A stretch of DNA of 64,000 nt from assembly GCA_963662665.2 (NCBI GenBank), contig CAXXJS010000053.1:1-64000 (forward strand), written 5' to 3'. Origin of the DNA: Candidatus Latescibacterota bacterium. GTDB taxonomy: Bacteria > Latescibacterota > UBA2968 > GCA-2709665. Numbering within the stretch: the first letter of the stretch is position 1; every line of letters starts with the position of its first letter. Both the position numbers and the translations under genes were made by a program. Of the stretch, positions 48,290-56,866 are shown one piece after another. Under the pieces are notes generated by a model that was not told the origin of the DNA, made no database searches, and worked only from the letters and a program-made list of their open reading frames with translations.

Positions 48290-49232
48290 TCACGGCGCGT
48301 GAGCCCCCACCGTCTCCACGTAGACCGAGAACAGTGATTGGGAGCAGGTCATGAACAGCCTGTTCTTTTTTGCGCCGCCGAAGCAGAGATTTGCGCATGG
48401 GGCGGGGAGGTGGATTTTGCCGATGAGGGCGCCGTCCGGCGCGAAGCAGTGCACGCCGTCGCAGCCGTCTCCGGCCCAGCATGCCCCCGCCCAGAGGTTG
48501 CCGTCCACGTCGGTGCGGATGCCGTCGGACGAGGCGGGATCCATGTCGACGAAGACGCGACCATTTGAGAGTCGGTCGCCCTCCACGTCGAAAACGCGGA
48601 TGTGGGTGGGGTATTCGGGGCCGTCCGACCGTCCGGTGTCGACAATGTAGAGCAGCGATTCGTCAGGGCTGAAGCAGAGGCCATTGGGGCGCTGGAAGTC
48701 TGCCGCGACCACGGTGGCTTCTCCGGTGTCCGGATCGAGACGGTACACGTTGGCGTCGTTTTCGAATTCGGTCCGGTGCCCCTCGTAGTTCATCAGAATG
48801 CCGTAACCCGGGTCCGTGAACCAGATCGACCCATCCGACTTTATCACGACGTCGTTCGGTGCATTCAACGGCCTGCCCTGGAAACGGTCCATCAGGACCG
48901 TGATCGACCCGTCGTATTCCGTCCTGGTAACCCGCCGCGAGTCGTGTTCGCACGATACCAGACGGCCCTCGCGATCGCGCGTATTCCCGTTCGTGTTGTT
49001 CGATGGTTTGCGGAATACCGAGACCTCCCCGGTCTCTTCTTCCCACTTGAGGATGCGGTTATTGGGGATATCGCTGAAACAGCAGATAGCGGCCGTCCCC
49101 GAACCAGACCGGGCCCTCCAGCCAGCGCCCGCCCGTCCAGAGCATTTCGATGGCGGCATTCGCCAGTTTGTATTTTGCAAAGCGGTCGTCAAGAACTTCG
49201 ATGCGCTGGTCCGGATATCTCACAATGTCCAT
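48290..49232 (-). CDS. SMP-30/gluconolactonase family protein with +1 frameshift near 49077-49079
   Basis: MDIVRYPD...WLEGPVWFGDGRYLL / FSDIPNNR split by one extra T; PNDVV, PNGLCFSPD, DGIRTD. Confidence 0.88.
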
Positions 49233-49502
49233 AATTCCATTCCCGTCCCTTCAAGTGATCCGACTACGTCGGATATCTGACGAATGATCGCAGTATTCCA
49301 ATGGCATCCGGTTTAACGGCTGGTTGGGCGACGGACTATCTGCGAACAGACTTACAGCGCGCGGCTGTCATTTTCGCGTTGTTCCCCGGAAATCTACCAG
49401 CGCAAATTGCACCCTGGCAGCAGCCTTGTCAACGTTTTCACGGGAAGACGGAACCTGAAGGTCATCGCCGGTCGGACCGGAGGTCGTTCACGCCGCCACA
49501 CC

Positions 49503-49531
49503 TTGACAACTTTTCAGACGCCCCTTATATT
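49503..49531 (+). promoter_or_regulatory. Sigma70-type promoter
   Basis: TTGACA-N17-TATATT upstream of hypothetical gene. Confidence 0.6.
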
Positions 49532-49674
49532 GAAAATTAGCAGCGGTGGAGGCACCGGTTAACGCGATAATCGGTCAACTCGTGACGTGTTGCCCGCAAG
49601 CCCGCGGAAGACCTGCCTCGATGACGGGACGCAGCCTGGATGGATTTTTTCAACGGGCTGTTACGATTATCAAT

Positions 49675-50727
49675 ATGACACGACGCCGTTATATACGGGG
49701 ATTGAATCTGGCAACGGTCCTCGTCTGTTTGTTCTCGCCCGATCCGACCGGGTGCGGGGAGGCAGGCGCCTCCCGTCCGATGTACCAGGTTGTCAGCCGG
49801 CAGGAAATACTGGAGGCCATGCGTCAGGTCGGCGACTACGATCCGACGACGACGACGAACGGTGCCCGGTTCCAATGGGAGGTGATCTTCCATCTTTCGC
49901 GCCTGGCGTGGGAACGAGACCCGGATGGGGCGCCCCTGTTTATCGATTCTGAGGACTGGTTTCGGGCGTTTATGGAGGCAACCGGACTCACGAAAAATGA
50001 AATGCCACTTTACGCACGCCTGACACATGAGCACAAACAGCACATGGACGTGGAATATCGCACGGATCGTGTTGTCCGGAAGGTGATCGAGGGGCCGGCG
50101 CCTCATTTTGCGTTGAACGTCCGTATCTGGTGGGAGGATCGGCCGGGAAAGCCCGATCGGTATACATATCTGGATACGCTCTCAACACCGCATCTCAGGG
50201 TTACCAATCGGCAGATGATAACCTATCGGCTGCTCGATCTTGGGGGTTGGTTTACCTGCGACAGGATAACGGGTATAACAGGGCGTCCGACGTCGGGCCT
50301 GTTGGGATTTATCTTTCGAATTATTGGCGACGGGCACCTTGTACACTCTCGCATGGCAATTTCAAACGACGGTCTTCAGATTGTTCGTGGAACTTCGAAG
50401 AAGGGGTTCATGAAAATGACGACCACCGCAACGATTTATCACGATGGCGAGATGATCAAGGGTCTGCCCGATGGCCGGTCCGACCTGCTGCAACTGAAGA
50501 AACGCATCAAGCAGACGCTGAAAGTCGACTACGTGGAACTTCCCGGGGGCAACCTGGAGAAACCCGAAGTCCCCGTGGAGAAACCGAAGGGCACGACCCT
50601 GGAGGAGCCTTATGAGCCAACGGACAGGCGACGCGAGATACACGATGGGACGCAGCAAGGGCGAAGAAGAGCGGTTGATTCATCAGTCTCAGTTGTACGA
50701 CGCCGTCACCCGGCGTTTCTTGAGTGA
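49675..50727 (+). CDS. Hypothetical, probably exported protein; start uncertain; 3' end overlaps next gene
   Basis: Long ORF; MTRRR plus hydrophobic stretch resembles a signal peptide. Confidence 0.6.
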   Translation: MTRRRYIRGLNLATVLVCLFSPDPTGCGEAGASRPMYQVVSRQEILEAMRQVGDYDPTTTTNGARFQWEVIFHLSRLAWERDPDGAPLFIDSEDWFRAFMEATGLTKNEMPLYARLTHEHKQHMDVEYRTDRVVRKVIEGPAPHFALNVRIWWEDRPGKPDRYTYLDTLSTPHLRVTNRQMITYRLLDLGGWFTCDRITGITGRPTSGLLGFIFRIIGDGHLVHSRMAISNDGLQIVRGTSKKGFMKMTTTATIYHDGEMIKGLPDGRSDLLQLKKRIKQTLKVDYVELPGGNLEKPEVPVEKPKGTTLEEPYEPTDRRREIHDGTQQGRRRAVDSSVSVVRRRHPAFLE

Positions 50728-51442
50728 AGCGGGCGTAGGAAACGGGATGAAAGTCCTGGATATCGGCTGCGGTCCCGGCGACGTCTCCCTGACGGCGGCC
50801 GAACTGGTGGGGACCGCCGGAAGCGTGTTGGGCGTGGACGTCAATCCGGCCATTATCGAAACCGCGCGGGAACGGGCGCACAGCGCGGGTTTCACCAACG
50901 TCGAATTCAGGACGGGAGACGCCCGGACGCTGGACGTGGGAAGAGACTTCGACGCGCTTGTCGGCAGGCTTGTGCTGATGTATATGGGCGACCCCGCGGA
51001 GGCTCTGAGACAGCTTGCGACACTGGTGCGGCCGGGCGGAATCGTGGCGTTCCAGGAAGCCGATTTCAGTTACTATCGCAAACAAGCCGATACCCCCGTG
51101 GCGAACGATCTGATTGAATGGGCCATCTCGGTTTTCGAACGATCCGGCGCCCACACCGAGATGGGCTTCAACCTGTACGGCGCGTTTGTAGACGCGGGAC
51201 TTCCAGAGCCGGCAATGAATTTCGCGGCCCCGGTGGGTGGACCGGCGAACTGGCCGGGGTACCAGTTCGTCGTGGAAGCATTTCGCAGCCTTGTTCCGCT
51301 GATCGAAGAGTTCGGGATCGCAACCGCCGAAGCGGTGGACCTGGATACGCTGGCAGACAGGCTCCGAAACGAGGTGGTGTCGACCAAACGTGCGTTCATG
51401 CTCCCGCCCCACGTGACCGCATGGGCGGTGCTGCCGGGATAG
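50612..51442 (+). CDS. Class I SAM-dependent methyltransferase
   Basis: EEERL..Q, VLDIGCGPGD, FDALVGRLVLMY, VRPGG; GGAGG RBS. Confidence 0.92.
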   Translation: MSQRTGDARYTMGRSKGEEERLIHQSQLYDAVTRRFLSEAGVGNGMKVLDIGCGPGDVSLTAAELVGTAGSVLGVDVNPAIIETARERAHSAGFTNVEFRTGDARTLDVGRDFDALVGRLVLMYMGDPAEALRQLATLVRPGGIVAFQEADFSYYRKQADTPVANDLIEWAISVFERSGAHTEMGFNLYGAFVDAGLPEPAMNFAAPVGGPANWPGYQFVVEAFRSLVPLIEEFGIATAEAVDLDTLADRLRNEVVSTKRAFMLPPHVTAWAVLPG

Positions 51443-51513
51443 GCAATTGACGTCGGATCCGGATTTCACTGAGCGGCATGCTGCGGAAGGCGTTTGGTCG
51501 ATAAGATATCGTT

Positions 51514-51544
51514 TCGCAGGGGCAACGCATGCGTTGCCCCTGCA
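51514..51544. repeat. REP-like palindrome between convergent genes
   Basis: gcaggggcaacgcatgcgttgcccctgc. Confidence 0.65.
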
Positions 51545-51569
51545 TTGTTGCGATTGACGGACGTCCTTT

Positions 51570-52847
51570 TTATGCCGACCTCCCCGCCGCACGGACGCCT
51601 TCCTTTTCGTCTACCCACTTCAATAGCACACTTCCTGCCACGAATAAGACCGCGACGATCGATACACCCGCGCGCTGGGACTGGAAGATACGCGTGAGTT
51701 CGCCAAGGGCGAGGGGTCCCAGAAAGGCCGTGGCTTTGCCCGAAAAGGCGAACAACCCGAAAAACTCGTTCTCCTTTTCCGGCGGGACAAATCGGCCCAT
51801 GAGCGAACGGCTGGCGGACTGGTTCGGACCGGCAAAAAACCCGACCAGGATACCGGAAATCCAGAAAACGGTTTTGTCTTGGGTGAAGATTGCCATCAGC
51901 GTCGCCAGGATGAGAAACACAAGGCTGATCTGAATGGTGCGTTTGCCGCCCAGCATATCGTCCAGGAAGCCCATCGCAAACGCCCCGATACCCGCGGCAA
52001 CGTTCAGGACGATGCCAAAGACCATGATTTCGGTGAATGTGAAGCCGAAGGTGCCAACCGCGTAAATGCCGCCGAAGGCAAAGATGGTGATTAGCCCGTC
52101 GTTGTAGACGAGGCGGGCAATAAGCAGCTTGATGATTTCCTTGTATTGCCTGGCATCTCTGAACGTCTGACCGAGTTGGCGGTAGGTGGACGCCAGAACC
52201 CCGCACGTTTGGAATGCGCGGGGTTTTTTTTCTCGTACCCAGAGAAAGATGGGGACGCTGAAAACCGCGAACCAGACGGCTACCAGCAGGTTGGTTGCGC
52301 GAATGTTTGCGCCGTCCTCCGATGTCAAGCCGAACCATGGCGTTTCCGGGCTGACAAAGCCGACCATGGCAATGGCCATTGCGATGAGACCGCCAATATA
52401 ACCCAGCCCCCATCCGTACCCGGATATACGCCCAATGTATTCCCGGGGCGCGATGTCCGGAAGAAAGGCGTTGTAAAAGACGTTTCCCATTTCAAAGGCG
52501 AAATTCGCAACTGCGAACCAGAGCAGCGCTCTAACGACCTGGCCCGGCAGTACCGTGTAGAGACCGGTGGTTGCAGCGATCGCGATGATCGTGGAGAAGA
52601 GCAGGAAGCCTTTTCGGTAACCGCCGCGGTCGGCAAGGGCGCCCGCCAGCGGTGAGACCAGCGCGACGGCGATGGCCGAAAAGGTGACGGCTCTGGACCA
52701 GAGGGTGGTACCGATGATTTCGTTTGGCGCGACGGATTTTACAAAGTACGTGGAATAAATGAAGGTAACCACGAGAGTGGTAAACGCGGAGTTGGCAAAG
52801 TCGTACATTGCCCAGGACACGACGGTTTTTTTGTCAATCCTGTTCAA
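51570..52847 (-). CDS. MFS transporter (UMF1/ATG22-like)
   Basis: SWAMYDFANSAF, FYNAFLP, SGYGWGLGY, QSASRSL, EFFGLF. Confidence 0.9.
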   Translation of the reverse strand: MNRIDKKTVVSWAMYDFANSAFTTLVVTFIYSTYFVKSVAPNEIIGTTLWSRAVTFSAIAVALVSPLAGALADRGGYRKGFLLFSTIIAIAATTGLYTVLPGQVVRALLWFAVANFAFEMGNVFYNAFLPDIAPREYIGRISGYGWGLGYIGGLIAMAIAMVGFVSPETPWFGLTSEDGANIRATNLLVAVWFAVFSVPIFLWVREKKPRAFQTCGVLASTYRQLGQTFRDARQYKEIIKLLIARLVYNDGLITIFAFGGIYAVGTFGFTFTEIMVFGIVLNVAAGIGAFAMGFLDDMLGGKRTIQISLVFLILATLMAIFTQDKTVFWISGILVGFFAGPNQSASRSLMGRFVPPEKENEFFGLFAFSGKATAFLGPLALGELTRIFQSQRAGVSIVAVLFVAGSVLLKWVDEKEGVRAAGRSA

Positions 52848-52874
52848 AGGCGGGTGAATCCCTTCCTATAAACA

Positions 52875-52903
52875 CAGGGGCGACCACAAGGGTCGCCCCT
52901 ACA
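52875..52903 (-). repeat. REP-like palindrome
   Basis: caggggcgaccacaagggtcgcccctaca. Confidence 0.65.
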
Positions 52904-53133
52904 AATGCGCATTGGGCGCAGCGGGTGACGTGTTGTTCCGGCGGTTTATCAGGACAACGCTTGTCTCCCCCTTTCCTTCAGGAGAGGGGGCCGGGGGGAG
53001 AGGTCCCGGGAGCGAGGGCATCTTGCCCTCGCCGTGCATATTCCGGGCTTGCTATTCACGGCGCTGATGTCAACGGATCTGGTCTTTGATTCAAGCTGAC
53101 TGCTTATGGCTGATAGCTGTCTTTGCCTGATTG

Positions 53134-56016
53134 CTAAAACTCCGCCGTGAGTCCAACGGACAGCAGACGCCCGATCTCGGGTGCTCCAACGAATTCGCGG
53201 TGTTTCTGGTTGAACATGTTGGATGCGTTCACGACGAGCTCGACGGTTCCATCCGTAATCAGGGACGGCAGTTCGTACCTGACGTTTGTGTCGAAGACGA
53301 GGGCGGACTTGACGTCGCCGATGTAAACACCGGAGTTCATGGGAAATCCGCTGCGACCCCGGAGGCGTAAACCGAAGCGGACCCCGGGTTCGGGCAAATT
53401 GGCGGATGCGCCCAGGGTGAATTTGTTTCGGGGGGCATTGAGCGCAATGTCCGCGATGCCGGCCAGATTCTTGAAAAGGTCCTTGTTAACGTGCGAGTAA
53501 CTGCCCGTAAAGGTCCAGGTTTCGTCGGCGTAGTAGGCAAAGCTGACGTCGAAGCCGTAGAATTCCACGTCGCCGAAGTTACGATAGGTCAACATGACCG
53601 CGTGGGGATCGGAAGCTTGAAGGGGTGAAACGGTGCCAAAGGGGATAAATGCGGCGCCGTTGTTATTTGTGCCGGCCACGAAGAGACGGGTGATTTCGTC
53701 AATGGGTGTGTTGTTTCCGTTGCCGCCCTGTTCCGGCATATCGAGGACGCCGAGCGCTACGGCCAGAAGTGCCGCGGAGGGGTCCTGCAGGGCTTGCGCG
53801 ACAGCGGCGGAAAGCGAGGCCGAGAGCGCGTTGGGATCCAGGAAGACGTTCGGCGTTTCCACACGCAGCGGCGCGACGAAGTCGTGCGTGCGGGTACGGT
53901 ACACGTCGGCCGCAAACGCGAAACGGTTACCGAAGATACCCTTGTAACCCAGTTCATAGGTTTCAGTGATCGTCGGCCTGATTTTTTCAATTTCCCGAAT
54001 GGTGGAAGCACCCAGATCCGGGACCGGATCGAAGGCTGCCGTTGATGGATTCAGAACCCTGAGGGTATTCCTCAGGCCCGGCAGGGTCTGCGGTATAATA
54101 TTCTGAAAACCTGCCGCCAGCGCCTCCACCTGCGCGGCCGCGATGGCGGGTATCTGTTCCGCGGGGACCCCGGCGGCCGTAAGTTGCCCGGTTATCAAAG
54201 CGGTTGCAAGTTGCTTCAGGGATGGAAGGGCCGCGGCCATGACGGCGCTTCGACCGATTCCCCACATGACGTTGCTGAACCTCGCGTCGTTCATCCCGAT
54301 CTGGTGGGAAGGCGAAAGGCCGATCACCTGGGCGAACGGCGAACGGAAAGTGGGTACGCCGCCGGCGTCGCGGCTCCATGTAAATCCATCCTCGGTGCCC
54401 TGCGCGCGGACGTCGAAGCTCGGGCTGAATCCCAGGACCGGTTGAAAGCCGCGCCCGGTGCCGAAGGCGTCCCTGGCCTGTGCGACGTCCAGAAAGAGGT
54501 TGTTTGTGGAAGGCGTGCTGAATGCCCGATTGAAGGTGAACCTGACAGTCTGCAATGGATCGGGTTTTAGGACGACCGCGGCCCTTGGCGAGAAAACGCG
54601 CTCGTCGACGTGGTTGTGGTCGTCGTACCGGGCGGCCGCCACCAGGGTCAGATACTCGTTGATCGTGCTCTCCCCTTGCACGTAAACCCCGTATTCGTCG
54701 ATATTGTCGCGGGTCTCATTGGAACCGGTTATGGTCCCTCCGGTTTTCGGACGCGTGAACAGGCCGTCCACCCCGTAGGTAATCCGGTTGCGGTCTGCCA
54801 CGCTCAGGCTATGCTGGGCCTGGAGGACCGTAAAGGATGACGTGTCAACGATCGGGTCGTTTGACCGGAGGAGTTTGGTATCCCCGGCGTCGCTGCCGTT
54901 GTGAAAGGCCTGAATGAATACGTCCTTGAACAGCAGGCGGCCCTGCAGGGAGTAGTTGGACCATCCGTCGGCCTGGCCGGCGCCGATTCCAGTCATTTCG
55001 ATACTGTTGATCTGCGCAAAACCGCTGGAAAAAATGGCCGTGAAGTCCTCGGTTGGACGAACGTCAAGTCGCAACTCCCCGCTGATTCGGCTCACGTCGT
55101 AGTCCCTGGGATTCCTGCCGCGCAGCCGCACCTCCTCCGGGTCTTCGTATTCCCAGTCTGTTCCGGAAAAGTATTGGCCCGAGAGTTTAACGCCGACCTT
55201 TTCGGTTGAAGCCGCGTGCCGGAACGAGATTTTCCGAAGGTCGCGTTCTCCGCCCATGACACTGACTGATGTTCCTTCGGACCCGAAGGGAGACCGGGTA
55301 ATAATGTGCATCACGCCGTTTGCGCTGTTCGGCCCGTACAGAGCCGATCCGGGTCCCAGGACGACCTCGACGCGGTCGACGTCGTGGTTTGTAACCGGGA
55401 TGAAGTGATGTGCATTGAACCGGAGAGAAGGCACTCGCGAAATCCGGTTGTCCACCAGAGTAAGCAGCGTTCCGGAGAACACGTTGTTGAAGCCGCGCGC
55501 CACGGTGTTGGCCTGGAACAGGCCGGTTTGGGCGTTGTCCACGCCCGCAAGCCCCACGACGTAGTCCGCGGCGCTCAGCCCGCGCTGCGCCTTCACGGCC
55601 TCGGATTCGACGACAGCGACCGAGGCCGGCGCATCCAGGACTTTTTCCCGCCGGCGAGAGGCGGAAACGACAATCTGTTCGCCATAAAGAACCTCGACGT
55701 CCAGCGAGAAGTCGAGGTTGATTGCGCCGCCGGCGGATATACGGACGTTGCTCCGGGTCGCCGTCTCGTATCCGACAAAGGAAACGGAGATTTCGTAGAC
55801 GCCGTCCGGAAGGTCTGCGACCTTGTACATGCCGTTCACATCTGCGACGACTCTGATTGGAGCCTGCAGAGCCGCGCTCTGGACAATGACGTTGGCGCCG
55901 TACAGGGCATCGCCTCCCGCGCCTGTGATTTCTCCGTTGATGGAACCCGTGCCTTGTGCGAAGGCAGGAGCGACGAAGCACAGGAGCAGGGCCATGGCCT
56001 TTCTTGCGGATGTCAT
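53134..56016 (-). CDS. TonB-dependent outer membrane receptor with carboxypeptidase-regulatory-like N-terminal domain
   Basis: Signal peptide; IVVSASRR; RVEVVLGPGSALYG.N...GV; terminal F; AAGGAG RBS before MTSA. Confidence 0.93.
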   Translation of the reverse strand: MTSARKAMALLLCFVAPAFAQGTGSINGEITGAGGDALYGANVIVQSAALQAPIRVVADVNGMYKVADLPDGVYEISVSFVGYETATRSNVRISAGGAINLDFSLDVEVLYGEQIVVSASRRREKVLDAPASVAVVESEAVKAQRGLSAADYVVGLAGVDNAQTGLFQANTVARGFNNVFSGTLLTLVDNRISRVPSLRFNAHHFIPVTNHDVDRVEVVLGPGSALYGPNSANGVMHIITRSPFGSEGTSVSVMGGERDLRKISFRHAASTEKVGVKLSGQYFSGTDWEYEDPEEVRLRGRNPRDYDVSRISGELRLDVRPTEDFTAIFSSGFAQINSIEMTGIGAGQADGWSNYSLQGRLLFKDVFIQAFHNGSDAGDTKLLRSNDPIVDTSSFTVLQAQHSLSVADRNRITYGVDGLFTRPKTGGTITGSNETRDNIDEYGVYVQGESTINEYLTLVAAARYDDHNHVDERVFSPRAAVVLKPDPLQTVRFTFNRAFSTPSTNNLFLDVAQARDAFGTGRGFQPVLGFSPSFDVRAQGTEDGFTWSRDAGGVPTFRSPFAQVIGLSPSHQIGMNDARFSNVMWGIGRSAVMAAALPSLKQLATALITGQLTAAGVPAEQIPAIAAAQVEALAAGFQNIIPQTLPGLRNTLRVLNPSTAAFDPVPDLGASTIREIEKIRPTITETYELGYKGIFGNRFAFAADVYRTRTHDFVAPLRVETPNVFLDPNALSASLSAAVAQALQDPSAALLAVALGVLDMPEQGGNGNNTPIDEITRLFVAGTNNNGAAFIPFGTVSPLQASDPHAVMLTYRNFGDVEFYGFDVSFAYYADETWTFTGSYSHVNKDLFKNLAGIADIALNAPRNKFTLGASANLPEPGVRFGLRLRGRSGFPMNSGVYIGDVKSALVFDTNVRYELPSLITDGTVELVVNASNMFNQKHREFVGAPEIGRLLSVGLTAEF

Positions 56017-56179
56017 AAACTCACTCCTTACAGTTGGAAGTTTGGGTTTCGGCTTTGACGATAACGTTCGGAAGTTGATGGGAGCACATTGCGGGGTTTT
56101 CGATAGGTCCGGCACGCGGTGGGGGAGTCCGCTGCGCCTGGTTTTCCGGCTGGATCCTGCCGTTACCCTTGTGGATCGT

Positions 56180-56755
56180 TCAGACGCTGCATCCGCCACC
56201 CTGGCCCGGCGCGCGGGACAGGGTGGCTTTGATTGCGCCCGCCAGCGGTTCGGCTGAATCCAGAAATTGTCGCTTGCTCGAGAATACGCGTCCGCCGATC
56301 TGTTCGCCGGAAAGCCTGGGTATCAATTGAAAGTGGAGATGGGAAAGTTGTCCCGAACACATCGTCACCTGATAGACCTTGTCGCAGGACGTTACGGTTT
56401 TCAGTGCCCGGGTCAGCCGGAGCATGATCGCCATCAACTCGCTGCCGAATTCGTCGGACAGCGCGGCGATATCCGGAACATGGGGTTTGGCGATAACGAT
56501 TGTGTGACCCAGGCCCCGGGGGTATTGCTCGAGGACCGCGAAACACCGCTCGTTTTCGAACAGCAGAGTACCGTCCGAGTTCGACGTTGCTTCTCCCCCG
56601 GCGATCCGGTGACACGTATGGCACACCTCCTGCTCGATAAGCCGGTTCCATCCGCGACCGCGCTCGACGCGCTTGCGCAACTCGTCCTCCGTGGCAGGTC
56701 TTACACAGCCACGCAGACGATCGAAGTCCGCCACCGCCGGTTTACCGTCTCCCAT
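56180..56755 (-). CDS. HIT family protein (HxHxQ variant)
   Basis: CHTC, YPRGLGHTIVI, SHLHFQLIPR. Confidence 0.85.
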   Translation of the reverse strand: MGDGKPAVADFDRLRGCVRPATEDELRKRVERGRGWNRLIEQEVCHTCHRIAGGEATSNSDGTLLFENERCFAVLEQYPRGLGHTIVIAKPHVPDIAALSDEFGSELMAIMLRLTRALKTVTSCDKVYQVTMCSGQLSHLHFQLIPRLSGEQIGGRVFSSKRQFLDSAEPLAGAIKATLSRAPGQGGGCSV

Positions 56756-56866
56756 CTATTCGCCGGTTTCGCAAATTGCGACAGTGATTTTTCTTAATAT
56801 AAGGAATTTATCATTTTCTGCCCGAAGAAATCGATAATTTCGCAGAATGCGGGCGGGTAACACGAA

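Noticed and set aside
56017-56180. Cobalamin riboswitch upstream of the TonB receptor
   Set aside because: No B12-box or GGGAA/GCCACTG motifs seen.
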